Shown in pieces: positions 36,935-47,305 of a stretch of 64,000 nt of DNA; position 1 is the stretch's first letter; each line of letters opens with the position of its first letter. This DNA comes from Alphaproteobacteria bacterium (lineage in GTDB: Bacteria > Pseudomonadota > Alphaproteobacteria > MPNO01 > UBA830), in contig OZ219790.1 of the NCBI GenBank assembly GCA_964291215.2, positions 192,001 through 256,000 on the forward strand, in the 5' to 3' direction. The translations under genes were made by a program, and so were the position numbers. Under the pieces are notes generated by a model that saw only the letters and a program-made list of their open reading frames with translations, was not told where the DNA came from and searched no databases.

Positions 36935-37855
36935 ATGACAGAACACGACTCCTCCTCCGTCGACAATGTTGTCGAAATGCTGCGCTCCGCAAACTATGTT
37001 GCCGACCGATCGCTGGCCACGGCCCTGTTCCTGTCGCTCAGGCTTGGCCGACCCCTGTTCCTCGAGGGCGAGGCCGGGGTCGGCAAGACCGAGATCGGCA
37101 ACGTGCTCTCGAGAACCCTGGGCCGCCGCCTGATCCGCCTGCAGTGCTACGAGGGGCTCGACGTGTCCTCGGCCGTTTACGAATGGAACTACGCGATGCA
37201 GATGATCGACATCCGCATTGCGGAGGCGACCGGCAAGCAGGATCGCGAGCAGATCGAAGACGGTATCTTTTCCGAGCGTTTCCTCATCAAGCGGCCGCTC
37301 CTGCAAGCCCTGAAGGAAGACTCTCCGGGTCGGCCACCCGTCCTGCTGATCGACGAGCTCGACCGCACCGACGAGCCGTTCGAAGCCTTCCTTCTCGAAG
37401 TGCTCTCCGACTTCCAGGTTACAATCCCCGAGATCGGCACGGTGCAGGCCGCCGAGCCGCCGGTGGTCGTGATCACCTCGAACCGGACGCGGGAGATTCA
37501 CGATGCCATCAAGCGTCGGTGCTTCTATTTCTGGGTCGACTATCCGGATGCCGCCCGCGAGCTCGAGATCCTGAAGCTCAAGGTTCCCGACGCCGCCGAG
37601 GAACTTTCGCGCCAGGTGGTGGCCTTCGTCCAGCAGCTTCGGAGCCGGGAGCTTTTCAAGTTGCCCGGCGTCGCCGAGACCATCGACTGGACCAACGCGC
37701 TCCTTCAGCTCGACAAGATCGATCTCGATCCCGAGACCGTGAACTCCTCGCTAGGTGTGCTTCTCAAGTATCAGGACGACATCGAGAAGATCCGCGGCAG
37801 CGAGGCAGCGCGGATTCTCGACGAGGTGCGAACCGGCGTGGCGGCCGGCGCGTAG
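36935..37855 (+). CDS. coxD: CoxD-like MoxR AAA+ ATPase
   Basis: LEGEAGVGKT, LQCYEG, LLIDELD, TSNRTRE. Confidence 0.9.
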   Translation: MTEHDSSSVDNVVEMLRSANYVADRSLATALFLSLRLGRPLFLEGEAGVGKTEIGNVLSRTLGRRLIRLQCYEGLDVSSAVYEWNYAMQMIDIRIAEATGKQDREQIEDGIFSERFLIKRPLLQALKEDSPGRPPVLLIDELDRTDEPFEAFLLEVLSDFQVTIPEIGTVQAAEPPVVVITSNRTREIHDAIKRRCFYFWVDYPDAARELEILKLKVPDAAEELSRQVVAFVQQLRSRELFKLPGVAETIDWTNALLQLDKIDLDPETVNSSLGVLLKYQDDIEKIRGSEAARILDEVRTGVAAGA

Positions 37856-37872
37856 GCGCGGGCCGCGCGGCC

Positions 37873-39141
37873 ATGGCAGAAATCCTCGACGCTTCGGCGC
37901 TACAGCGCCTGCCTGGTCTCCAGCTTCTCGACCAGCTCGAGGGCAACCGGCTCGCTCCGAACATCATGCATTTCGGACGCGTCCTGCGCGCCGCAGGCAT
38001 GCCGGTCGGCCCCGGCAAGATCATCGACGCGACCAACGCGGTGGTTACCGTCGGGATCCGCAACCGCGGCGATTTCTACTGGGCCTTGCACGCTGTTTTC
38101 GTGAACCGTCAGGACCAGCACGAGCTCTTCGATCAGGCATTCCATATTTTCTGGAAGGACCCTCGACTCCTTGAGCGGATGATGGGCATTCTCCTGCCAC
38201 AGATCGACGCCGGAGATGCGCCGCTCCCGGAGGAGCAGCCGATGCGCCGACTGCAGGACGCCTTCAACCCGCCCGCGGACGACCACCCGCATCGGGAAGA
38301 GGAGAAGGAGATCAGCGTTGACGCCGTGATGACGGCATCGCGCCGCGAGCTTCTGCAGTCGATGGATTTCGAAGAGATGACAGTCGACGAGATCGAGGCC
38401 GCGAAGCGGGCGATTTCCCGGATGCGGCTGCCGATATCCGAAGTACCCGTGCGCCGCCAGAGACCGAGCCGCCGGCGCGCCCGTATCGACATGCGCGCGA
38501 CGCTTCGCGCCGCTCTCCGCTCCGGCGGCGCCTCCATTCCGTTGCGCTACCGGGAGCGTCGTACGCGGCCACCGCCCGTTGTTATCATGTGCGACATCTC
38601 CGGCTCGATGAGCCGATACACCCGCATGTTCCTGCACTTCATGCATGCGCTGACCAATGATCGCGACCGGGTCCACACGTTTCTGTTCGGCACCCGCCTG
38701 ACCAATATCACGCGCCATCTGAGGAACCGCGACATCGATATCGCGCTTGAGCGGGTTACCGGCGCCGTCGAGGACTGGTCAGGCGGCACGCGGATCGGCG
38801 ACAGCCTGCACGACTTCAACCGCTTCTGGTCGCGCCGCGTGCTCGGCCAGGGCGCCATCGTTCTCCTGATTTCCGATGGGCTGGACCGGAACGCCGGGCG
38901 CGGCCTCGGCAAGGAGGTCGAGCGGCTGCACCGCTCCTGCCGCCGCCTGGTATGGCTCAACCCCCTGCTGCGCTTCGAGGGCTTCGAGCCCCGGAGCCGC
39001 GGCATCCAGGCCATACTGCCATCCGTTGACGAATTTCGCCCAGTGCATAATCTTCAGAGCCTATCGGAACTCATCGAGGCCCTGAGCCGTCAGGCCGGGC
39101 CCAGAAAAGAGGGAGTGCAGGAATGGCTGACGGCGATCTAG
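37873..39141 (+). CDS. coxE: CoxE-like vWA protein
   Basis: DISGSMSRY, WSGGTRIG, ISDGLD, WLNPL. Confidence 0.9.
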   Translation: MAEILDASALQRLPGLQLLDQLEGNRLAPNIMHFGRVLRAAGMPVGPGKIIDATNAVVTVGIRNRGDFYWALHAVFVNRQDQHELFDQAFHIFWKDPRLLERMMGILLPQIDAGDAPLPEEQPMRRLQDAFNPPADDHPHREEEKEISVDAVMTASRRELLQSMDFEEMTVDEIEAAKRAISRMRLPISEVPVRRQRPSRRRARIDMRATLRAALRSGGASIPLRYRERRTRPPPVVIMCDISGSMSRYTRMFLHFMHALTNDRDRVHTFLFGTRLTNITRHLRNRDIDIALERVTGAVEDWSGGTRIGDSLHDFNRFWSRRVLGQGAIVLLISDGLDRNAGRGLGKEVERLHRSCRRLVWLNPLLRFEGFEPRSRGIQAILPSVDEFRPVHNLQSLSELIEALSRQAGPRKEGVQEWLTAI

Positions 39142-39467
39142 GCAGCGTCTCCAGCGACGACAATGTCCTCGGCGAGGCCAGGGCATGGCTCGACGCGGGA
39201 CGCAGCGTCGCGCTCGCTACCGTCGTGTCAACCTGGGGATCCTCGCCCCGGCCCACTGGGAGCCACCTCGCCGTCGACGGCAACGGCAAGATCGTCGGTT
39301 CGGTCTCCGGTGGCTGCATCGAGGGTGCCGTCGTCACCGAGGCCCTTGAAGTCATGAAGACCGGAAAGCCGAAGCTTCTCGAATACGGCGTGACCAACGA
39401 GCTTGCGTGGGAAGTCGGGCTGGCCTGCGGCGGCAGGATCCAGGTCTATGTCGAGAATCTCGAATGA
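39123..39467 (+). CDS. XdhC/CoxI N-terminal domain protein
   Basis: TWGSSPRP, GSVSGGCIE, GLACGG. Confidence 0.9.
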   Translation: MADGDLGSVSSDDNVLGEARAWLDAGRSVALATVVSTWGSSPRPTGSHLAVDGNGKIVGSVSGGCIEGAVVTEALEVMKTGKPKLLEYGVTNELAWEVGLACGGRIQVYVENLE

Positions 39468-40171
39468 AACGCAAAATCCTAGAAGCGCTTCTTGGCGACC
39501 AGGAGGCGAAGACCGCCGTCGCCCTCGTCACCGATCTCGATTCCGGGCTGCAGACCCTCGTCTATCACGACAATGCCGCAGGATCGGACGCCGGGAATGC
39601 CGACATCGTCGCGCGCGCGCGCGCAACGTTGCGCAAAGACCGCAGCAAGCTCCACGAAATCGAGAACCGCAGGATATTCGTGGAGGTCCAGAATCCGCCC
39701 AAGCGCCTGATCATCGTCGGCGCCGTCCACATTGCCCAGCCATTGTCGCGCATGGCGTCGGTCTCCGGCTATGACGTGACCGTCATCGACCCCCGCGCCT
39801 CGTTCGCCACTGACGAACGCTTCCCCGGAATTACGCTGAACTCCGACTGGCCGGACGATGCAATGCGCGCACTCGACCCCGACCGGCGTACCGCGGTGGT
39901 TACCCTGACCCACGATCCCAAGCTTGATGATCCCGGACTCGAGGTCGCGCTGCGTTCTCCGGCTTTCTACGTTGGCGCTCTCGGAAGCCGCAAGACCCAT
40001 GGCGCACGGGTCGAGCGGCTGACCGCTGCCGGTTTTACCGAAACCGAGCTCGCGCGCATCCACGCGCCGGTGGGACTCGATATCGGCGCGGTATCGCCGG
40101 CGGAAATCGCCGTGGCAGTGCTCGCGCAGATCACCGATGTGCTTCATCGGAAGGCCGGAACCCCCGCTTGA
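39464..40171 (+). CDS. XdhC/CoxF Rossmann-domain protein
   Basis: IVGAVHIA, LTHDPKLD, GALGSRKT, PVGLDIGA. Confidence 0.9.
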   Translation: MKRKILEALLGDQEAKTAVALVTDLDSGLQTLVYHDNAAGSDAGNADIVARARATLRKDRSKLHEIENRRIFVEVQNPPKRLIIVGAVHIAQPLSRMASVSGYDVTVIDPRASFATDERFPGITLNSDWPDDAMRALDPDRRTAVVTLTHDPKLDDPGLEVALRSPAFYVGALGSRKTHGARVERLTAAGFTETELARIHAPVGLDIGAVSPAEIAVAVLAQITDVLHRKAGTPA

Positions 40172-40181
40172 CGCCGATGCA

Positions 40182-41810
40182 ATGGAATTCGGCGAAACAC
40201 ATCCACGGGATGCCCTCGGCAGCGTTCTCGCCCACACCGTTCATCTCGGAGACGGCGTCATCAGGAAGGGACGGGTCCTGGAGGCCGCGGACATCGCCCG
40301 GTTGGTGGCGGCCGGATACGATCGCATAACAGTCGCCAGACCTGGTCCCGATGACCTCGCCGAAAACGAGGCTGCCAGGATGGTCGCCGAAGGCCTTGCC
40401 CTGCGTGGGCTCGAGGCCTCGGATGCGACCACCGGCCGCGCCAACCTGCGGGCCCGGGCATCCGGCCTCCTCCTTGTGAACCCCTATCGGGTCCATCAGC
40501 TGAACCGAGTCCATGAAGCCGTCACCCTCGCGACTGCAGCGCCATGGGCCGTCCTTGAGCGCAGGAAGATCGCTGCCACCGTGAAGATCATCACCTTCGG
40601 CGTGCCGGAGCAGATCATCCGCAACTGGCTCGACATCGCCCGCCGCTACCCGCCGGCGGTGCGGCTCAAGCCGTTCCGCGCGCGCAAGGTGGCCCTGGTG
40701 CAGACAACCGTTCCGGGCCACAAGGAAGCCGTGCTCGACAAGGCGCGGCGGACCACTGAGGCGCGGCTTGAGCCGCTCGGCTCCGCGCTCGCCGAGGAAC
40801 GGCGCTGCGCCCACGCAGCAGCGGACATCGCCGCCCACCTCGCCGAACTCGCCGAAGGTGGATGCGACATAGCGTTGGTGTTTGGCGCGTCGGCGATCGC
40901 CGACCGCCTCGATGTCGTGCCGCGGGCGGTCACGCTCGCCGGCGGCAGAATCGAGCATTTCGGAATGCCGGTTGACCCCGGCCATCTGACGCTTTTGGCG
41001 AGCCTCGGGTCGATGTCCGTGCTCGGCCTGCCCGGCTCGGCGCGTTCGCCTCGGCCGCACGGTTTCGACCGGATCCTTCAGAGGCTGGCCGCCGGCGTCC
41101 GCGTACGCCCCGACGACATCACGCGCATGGGTGTCGGCGGGCTGCTCAAGGAGGTCCCCGGCCGCCCTATGCCGCGCGACCCCGACCTCTTGCACCGCGG
41201 TGGCAAGCAACGCGTTGCGGGAGTTATCCTGGCGGCAGGTCAGTCGCGGCGCATGGGCCGCGTGAACAAGATGCTGGCCGAAGTCGACGGGAAGCCGATG
41301 ATCGTCCACGCTGCGCGGGCGATGCTGGCAAGCCGCGCCAACCCCGTGGTCGTCGTGCTCGGCCATGAACCCGACGACGTGCGCCGCGCACTCCGGGGCA
41401 TGAATATCCGCTTCGTCCACAACCCCGGGTTCGCGGCCGGGCTCAGTACCTCGCTGCGCGCCGGCCTCGAGGCGTTGCCCGCCGAGGCGGCAGGCGCGGT
41501 CATCGCGCTCGGCGACATGCCGCGCGTCGCAGCGGCCGACATCGACGCTCTCATCGATGCGTTCGAGCCCGACGAAGGCTCCACCATCTGCGTGCCAACC
41601 CACGACGGCAAGCGCGGCAACCCGGTGCTCTGGGCGCGCCGTTACTTCCTGGAGATGGCAGCGGTCTCTGGCGATGTCGGCGCACGGTCGCTGATCGGAG
41701 AGAACGCCGACCAGGTGCTCGAGGTACCGCGCGGCAATCCTGGCGTGCTTCTCGATCTCGACACGCCCAACGCCCTCCGCGCCCACGCAGAGCAGGAGGC
41801 CGGCAGCTGA
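40182..41810 (+). CDS. mocA: molybdopterin-binding domain fused to MocA-like cytidylyltransferase
   Basis: GMPVDPG N-domain; ILAAGQSRRMG..NK, LGDMP, GNPV, GDVGAR. Confidence 0.85.
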   Translation: MEFGETHPRDALGSVLAHTVHLGDGVIRKGRVLEAADIARLVAAGYDRITVARPGPDDLAENEAARMVAEGLALRGLEASDATTGRANLRARASGLLLVNPYRVHQLNRVHEAVTLATAAPWAVLERRKIAATVKIITFGVPEQIIRNWLDIARRYPPAVRLKPFRARKVALVQTTVPGHKEAVLDKARRTTEARLEPLGSALAEERRCAHAAADIAAHLAELAEGGCDIALVFGASAIADRLDVVPRAVTLAGGRIEHFGMPVDPGHLTLLASLGSMSVLGLPGSARSPRPHGFDRILQRLAAGVRVRPDDITRMGVGGLLKEVPGRPMPRDPDLLHRGGKQRVAGVILAAGQSRRMGRVNKMLAEVDGKPMIVHAARAMLASRANPVVVVLGHEPDDVRRALRGMNIRFVHNPGFAAGLSTSLRAGLEALPAEAAGAVIALGDMPRVAAADIDALIDAFEPDEGSTICVPTHDGKRGNPVLWARRYFLEMAAVSGDVGARSLIGENADQVLEVPRGNPGVLLDLDTPNALRAHAEQEAGS

Positions 41811-41822
41811 GCCGTCGCGCGG

Positions 41823-42626
41823 CTAGGCGGCAAGCGCGCTCCGCCCAGCCTCGGTTTCGAGATAGCTTGCCGGCAGTTCGCGGAAATCGGTCATCAGTGA
41901 TCCGAAACCCTCGACGATGTCCTCGAATCCATTGGCGCGCATGGCGTACCAATAGGTTGCGGTATTGATTGCAAGGACCGGCTTTTTCAGCCATTTTTCG
42001 GCTTCGCCGGCAAGTGCCGCCATGGCCAGATTGGTACCGACCTGGACGATGGCCTCGGGGTCGTGCTCGTTGAGCTCGATCAGCCCTTCGCGTAACTCGC
42101 TTTCGGTCACCTGCGCGATGTTCGCCGGACTGTCGCACTTGAGGCCCTTGATCGCGACGACCTCGAAACCGCAATCTTCGAAGAACTTCTGGACGTTGCG
42201 GTCGCCGACCGGCCAGTAGGGCGTGAGAACGCAGATTCGGCGGATGTCGCCGTAACACCGAAGCGCCGCCTGACAGGCGTCCGAGCCCATCGCAACGCCG
42301 CGCCCCGCCAACTCCTTGACGCGTTCACGGAGTTCGATGGACTGGGCGAGCCCGTCCCAGAAGGTCTCGGCCGACATGCCCATCACGATGTAGTCCGGGT
42401 TGCAGGTGATGACGCGCAGGATCGCATTGTCGAACTCGCTGCGGATGTTGTTCATCAGCGCGTTGAATTCCTCGTCCGAATTCACGGGATCATCGGGGAT
42501 CCAGATGCGTACGGTATGATTGGTCACGCCGCGCGGACGCATGTCGTCGAATTCGGGCTGCACGGCGGTGTTGGTGGAAGGTACGATGACAGCCCAGTTG
42601 GCCCTGTATCCGAGGGAATCGGTCAT
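41823..42626 (-). CDS. maleate isomerase / arylmalonate decarboxylase family protein
   Basis: IVPSTNT.VQPE, LTPY, QVGTNL, KPVLAIN; the canonical Cys pair is not evident. Confidence 0.8.
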   Translation of the reverse strand: MTDSLGYRANWAVIVPSTNTAVQPEFDDMRPRGVTNHTVRIWIPDDPVNSDEEFNALMNNIRSEFDNAILRVITCNPDYIVMGMSAETFWDGLAQSIELRERVKELAGRGVAMGSDACQAALRCYGDIRRICVLTPYWPVGDRNVQKFFEDCGFEVVAIKGLKCDSPANIAQVTESELREGLIELNEHDPEAIVQVGTNLAMAALAGEAEKWLKKPVLAINTATYWYAMRANGFEDIVEGFGSLMTDFRELPASYLETEAGRSALAA

Positions 42627-43318
42627 TTCTCGCCTTCTCCCTTGTCGCGGCCCGAACGTATGCGCGCCTGACCCGGCGCCAGTTTCTCAAGCTCGTCGAG
42701 AACCTCTTCGAGCGACATCACGTCGCCGTATTTCTGGTCGATGTCGAAGAGATTGGCCTCGTGTGGGCCGGCAGCCCGGTCGCCCGAGCATTCGCGCGGT
42801 ACAATCGGCCTGAAACCGTTCGACATCGCGTCGACAACAGTAGCCCGCACGCAACCGGATGTCGTGCAACCGGTGACGATCGCGGTGTCGACGCCGCGGC
42901 GCGCCAACCACGCGGCAAGGTCGGTATGAGCAAAACCCGACGGGTAGTGCTTCGCGATGATCCTTTCGCCCTCGCGCGGCGCCAGCTCGTCGACGACTTC
43001 GGTCTCGCGGGACCCCGGCTTCAGCTTCGCAAGCCCCGGAGACTTGAGGTTGAAGATTCCATCGTCGCTGCCGTCCTCGGCATAGACATGGGTCGTGTAG
43101 ACGACGGGAAGGTCCATGTGGCGGGCAACATCGAGAAGTTCCGCGGTGCGGTCTATCGCCTCACCGATATTGCCGCCGCCAAACTGGTCGGGATCGTTGA
43201 ATCCGTTGATGAAGTCGATGATCAGGAGAGCGGGTGATGTCCCGAAGCCGACACGGCCCCCGAAACCCTGGCGCTCGTAGACGGCGACATCCTCCCACTC
43301 GTGCGGTCCGTCGGTCAT
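42623..43318 (-). CDS. isochorismatase-family amidohydrolase (maleamate / N-carbamoylsarcosine amidase-like)
   Basis: PALLIIDF, KHYPSGF, GCTTSGCVRATVVDA, DIDQKYGDV. Confidence 0.88.
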   Translation of the reverse strand: MTDGPHEWEDVAVYERQGFGGRVGFGTSPALLIIDFINGFNDPDQFGGGNIGEAIDRTAELLDVARHMDLPVVYTTHVYAEDGSDDGIFNLKSPGLAKLKPGSRETEVVDELAPREGERIIAKHYPSGFAHTDLAAWLARRGVDTAIVTGCTTSGCVRATVVDAMSNGFRPIVPRECSGDRAAGPHEANLFDIDQKYGDVMSLEEVLDELEKLAPGQARIRSGRDKGEGEK

Positions 43319-43407
43319 ATAACTTTCCTTCTTACGGCGCGGGCAGGATCGTCCACGGCCGACGTTATTCTATCGGCTCGGTCATGGATGGCAATTCGCT
43401 CGCGGCC

Positions 43408-44526
43408 TCACCCGAGGATCTCGGCGATGATCTGGCGGAACTCTTCGCGCGTCGGCACCACCGGAGCGGCGAGATTGAAGTGGCTGGCAAGCGCGTTCTC
43501 GCTCATCTCTCCGAGATCGTTCCCCCCGTAACCCATCTCGCGGAGCGATGCCGGAAGGCCGAGCCGGTTGTTAATTTCCTCGATGCCTGCGGCGACATCG
43601 GGTTTTCCGGCAAGGCCCATGGCCGCCGCGATCTCGGTCAGCCGCGGCGCAAGGTGCGGCTCGTAGAAGCGGACGACCGCGGGCACACTCGCGGTGACGA
43701 GCATGCCGTGGTGGAGGTCGGCGTCGCCGAAGGTGTTGGCCAGGGCGTGCACGGGGCCAAGCCCCTTGTAGATCGCGAACCCGCCCTGGAGCGCTGCCAT
43801 CGCCATGTGCCAGCGCGCCTCCCGGTCCGAACCGTTCCTGACCGCCCGCTCGACATGGGCGACGACGCGCCGGATCCCGTCGAGGGCGACGACGGCGCCC
43901 GGAGGATCGTCCTTCTTCGAGACATAGGCCTCCAGGCAGTGGCCGAAGGCATCCATGCCAGTCGCCGCGGTGAGCAGCGGCGGCAAGGTCAGCGTCAACT
44001 CGGGATCGCAGATCGCGGCGTCCGGCTTGATGTGCAGCGAGCGCAGTCCCAGCGCCCGCGTCTCGGGATCGGGATGGATACCGCCACCCATCGTAATTTC
44101 CGCGCCAGTGCCGGCCGTGGTCGGTACCGTCACCAGCGGCGCCACTGCGGTGCTGATTCGCGCCGGATCCCGCAGATAGTCGAATAGCGGGCCCGGATGC
44201 GTTGCTGCGACACGCACCCCCTTGCCCGCATCCATCACCGAGCCACCGCCGACGGCAACGACCCCGTCGCAGCCGTGCTCCCGATAGGCCTCGGCTGCCG
44301 CTTCGACGCCTGCGACCGTCGGGTTGGGCGGAATCCCGTCGAATACGATCCTCTCCATGCCGGACGGCAGCGCGTCAAGCGCCCTGGCCAGAACGCCATG
44401 CTCAACGAGCCCCTCGTCGGTAAGCATCAACGGTCGGCCCACGCCGAGGGTGGCAAGTTCCGCGCCGATGGCACGGATGGCGCCGAACTCGAACCGGACC
44501 CTTGGAAGCCCGAGAAGTTCAACCAT
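43408..44526 (-). CDS. iron-containing alcohol dehydrogenase
   Basis: GGGSVMDAGK, PTTAGTGAE, DAFGHCLE, HA..HHG. Confidence 0.92.
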   Translation of the reverse strand: MVELLGLPRVRFEFGAIRAIGAELATLGVGRPLMLTDEGLVEHGVLARALDALPSGMERIVFDGIPPNPTVAGVEAAAEAYREHGCDGVVAVGGGSVMDAGKGVRVAATHPGPLFDYLRDPARISTAVAPLVTVPTTAGTGAEITMGGGIHPDPETRALGLRSLHIKPDAAICDPELTLTLPPLLTAATGMDAFGHCLEAYVSKKDDPPGAVVALDGIRRVVAHVERAVRNGSDREARWHMAMAALQGGFAIYKGLGPVHALANTFGDADLHHGMLVTASVPAVVRFYEPHLAPRLTEIAAAMGLAGKPDVAAGIEEINNRLGLPASLREMGYGGNDLGEMSENALASHFNLAAPVVPTREEFRQIIAEILG

Positions 44527-44639
44527 CTGCCCTTTCCTCGCTTCCTAGTATGACAGGGCGCCGTTCTCCGGGATTACGGAGACCGAAATAGAAGCATAGC
44601 ACGGACCAGCTCCGCGGCGGCGACCGTTTCCGGCGCCTG

Positions 44640-44907
44640 CTGTTGTCGGTTGGGTAAAACGGCGGGATTTTGGCGATTCGCCGCGCTTTTCAGGACCGTG
44701 TTTCTTTGCTGTTGTCAGGTCCTGTTGTCGCGGTTTCAGTGTTTGTCTGTTTGTCTCTGTGAACCCCGCTCGTTTTCTTCCCTGTTGTCGTTTCGGTCCG
44801 GTTCCGGTTTTTCTGCCGGCATGTGATCCGGGCTCCTGAGGGTTGTCGGGAGGGTTCTGGTGTTTCGCGGGATCGTCTGCCTTCCCTGCCGCCCGGGTCC
44901 TGTTGTC
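44640..44907 (+). repeat. dispersed CTGTTGTC repeats in a G/T-skewed stretch
   Basis: Exact copies at 44640, 44709, 44722, 44782, 44900; partial at 44842. Confidence 0.7.
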
Positions 44908-44929
44908 CGGGCCCGGGGCGCCCTCGCAA

Positions 44930-45065
44930 CGCCAGCACGAACAGATCAGCCTCGCCGCAAGGAGCCTTCCCAACGTCAGGACCATCGTCCTCGCGCAGGA
45001 CCACGGCGAGGCCGGAGAACGTCAGGCCGAAACCCTCCGCACAAGGCTGAAGGTCCCCCTCGCGT
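44930..45065 (+). pseudogene. Toprim-like domain fragment
   Basis: HEQISLAARSLPNVRTIVLAQDHGEAGERQAETL resembles the DxDxAG Toprim strand-helix. Confidence 0.35.
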
Positions 45066-45246
45066 CACGCTCCACAGACGCCGACCGCCAGAAAACGAAG
45101 ACCGCGCGGCCTCTCGTCAACGCCGCATGTCTTCGTGCCCGTGTTCGCCCAATCCACACACCGCTCAAAAGCGCGGTTCTCCGCCGAAATCCCGCCGTTC
45201 TGAATCGCCGCCGACACCTGCCCCGCCGTCGGGCGCCCCCCGCCGC

Positions 45247-45439
45247 CACCGTGATCTCATGCTGATTCGGAGACGCGAAATCCGAATGCGTTGGATCTCG
45301 CGTCATCACAGATCGCCTCCTTGATCGCAATTTTCGTGCCGAGAAGGCCCCGTCGAGCCTTGGCGGCACGATTGCAGCGCGACGCAAACTGAAAAAATCT
45401 CGCCAGTCGTCGCTGGATTAGCAGCGTCGGATCACCGTG
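45247..45439. mobile_element. MITE-like element
   Basis: Ends CACCGTGATC / GATCACCGTG; left 58 bp homologous to 16633-16690. Confidence 0.55.
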
Positions 45440-45604
45440 CCCGGCCGCAGCCGCCAATGGCAACGTCTCTTTCCAGGTGCTATTCTCACCGCACCCGATG
45501 CATGCATCCGGTCGGCGGACATGGCTGCTTCAGACCCCGCATGTCTGGAGGCGTCGCGGTGGACCGGCTCGCGGCGGCCGCCGACAGGGACGGATCGTGC
45601 AGAG

Positions 45605-46390
45605 ATGAGCGACGGAAACACCCTTATCAGGATCGAGAATGTCGGAAAGACCTTCGTCGGCCAGGACGGGGAACGGATCATTGCGCTCGATAACACGGAT
45701 CTCGGCATAGGGCACGGTGAGTTCCTCTCCATCGTCGGCCCCAGCGGATGCGGCAAGAGCACGCTTCTTTCGCTGGTCGCCGGCCTCCTCGAAACCACGA
45801 CCGGCGCGGTACGGATCGGCGGCACTACGGTTTCGGGGCCCTATACCGACATCGGCTTCGCATTCCAGAGCGACCTGCTGGTTGACTGGCGGACGGTTCT
45901 CGGAAACGTAATGCTGCAATGCGACATGCGCGGACTGGCGCGTCGCGACCACGAACCGCGGGCGCGCGAACTGATCGCCTCGGTTGGACTGGAGGGATTC
46001 GAGGACAAGCGCCCGTTCGAGCTTTCCGGCGGCATGCGCCAGCGCGTCGCCCTGTGCCGTGCCCTGCTCCTCGATCCGCCGGTGCTACTGATGGACGAGC
46101 CGTTCGGGGCACTTGACGCGCTGACCAGGGAACAGATGCAGGTCGATCTCCTCGCGATGTGGCAGGAAACCAGCAAGACCGTGCTGTTCGTCACGCACAG
46201 CATCAGCGAAGCCGTCTTTCTTTCCGACAGGATCGTCGTAATGACGCCGAGGCCCGGCAGGGTGTGCGAGATTATTGACGTCGATCTCGAGAGGCCGCGG
46301 GATTTCACGATACGCGACACCGCCAGCTTCGGTGCCATCGTGCACCGCACCCGGCTTCTGTTCCAGGAAATGGGTGTCATTCACAAATAG
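45605..46390 (+). CDS. NitT/TauT-family ABC ATPase
   Basis: GPSGCGKST, LSGGMRQR, DEPFGALD. Confidence 0.95.
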   Translation: MSDGNTLIRIENVGKTFVGQDGERIIALDNTDLGIGHGEFLSIVGPSGCGKSTLLSLVAGLLETTTGAVRIGGTTVSGPYTDIGFAFQSDLLVDWRTVLGNVMLQCDMRGLARRDHEPRARELIASVGLEGFEDKRPFELSGGMRQRVALCRALLLDPPVLLMDEPFGALDALTREQMQVDLLAMWQETSKTVLFVTHSISEAVFLSDRIVVMTPRPGRVCEIIDVDLERPRDFTIRDTASFGAIVHRTRLLFQEMGVIHK

Positions 46391-46401
46391 GCGCGAAGAC
46401 C

Positions 46402-47226
46402 ATGGCCACAACCGAAACGCAGACAACCGCAACCGACCAGAAACCCCGCCGGGCGAGGCGGCGCTGGCACATCGACGCGTTCTGGATGCTGCTTTCGCTC
46501 CTCATGATCCTTGGAATCTGGGAGGCGCTGGTTGCGGTCTTCTCGCTTCCCGCGCACCTGCTCCCGCGGCCCTGGGCGGTGGTGATCTCGGCGCTCACCA
46601 GCTGGAACGAGATTGCAAACCATTCGTGGGACACGATCATCGCCGTGCTCGCCGGCTACGTGCTTGCGATCGCCGTCGCGATACCAACCGCGATCGTGAT
46701 CGTGCTTTCGCCCCAAGCCGAACGTCTACTCTACCCCCCGCTCGTCGCCACCCAGAGCATCCCCAAGATCGCACTGGCGCCGCTCTTCATCGTCTGGTTC
46801 GGTTTCGGCATCGAGACCAAGGTCTCGGTCGCCTTCCTGATCTGTTTCTTCCCCATCGTGGTCGACACGATCGTCGGACTCCGCAGCATCGATCCGGCGC
46901 TTATCCAGCTGGCCCGCTCGATGGGCGCGCCGCCGCGACGGATCTTCCTCAGCCTGCGTCTGCCAGGCGCGCTGCCCAGCATCTTCGGCGGCCTCAAGGT
47001 CGCTTCGGCGCTGGCCGTGGTCGGAGCACTGACCGGCGAATACATCGCCTCGGATTCGGGGCTCGGCTACATACTTCTTAGTGCCTCGGGGGAGATGAAC
47101 ACGCCGCTCCTGTTCGGCGTCCTGATTGTGCTGTCAATTCTTGCCATGCTATTCTTCTATGCGATAGAGATACTGGAGAAGTTCCTGATCCCGTGGCACG
47201 TCTCCCAGCGCGGCCACATTCAGTAG
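46402..47226 (+). CDS. NitT/TauT-family ABC permease
   Basis: PKIALAPL, FFPIV, LARSMGA. Confidence 0.93.
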   Translation: MATTETQTTATDQKPRRARRRWHIDAFWMLLSLLMILGIWEALVAVFSLPAHLLPRPWAVVISALTSWNEIANHSWDTIIAVLAGYVLAIAVAIPTAIVIVLSPQAERLLYPPLVATQSIPKIALAPLFIVWFGFGIETKVSVAFLICFFPIVVDTIVGLRSIDPALIQLARSMGAPPRRIFLSLRLPGALPSIFGGLKVASALAVVGALTGEYIASDSGLGYILLSASGEMNTPLLFGVLIVLSILAMLFFYAIEILEKFLIPWHVSQRGHIQ

Positions 47227-47305
47227 CCGGACCACGTGCGGCTGGGGGCGACACTCCGGCGAACAGCCCTGGCAAGCGGTGGGGCGAAAAACAGGGAGCA
47301 AGACA

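Noticed and set aside
37144-37872. N-terminal extension of the 665-aa CoxE ORF
   Set aside because: Overlaps coxD in another frame; the plausible start is 37873.
44640-44907. CRISPR array
   Set aside because: Repeats are only 8 bp with irregular spacing; no cas genes or regular array anywhere in the window.
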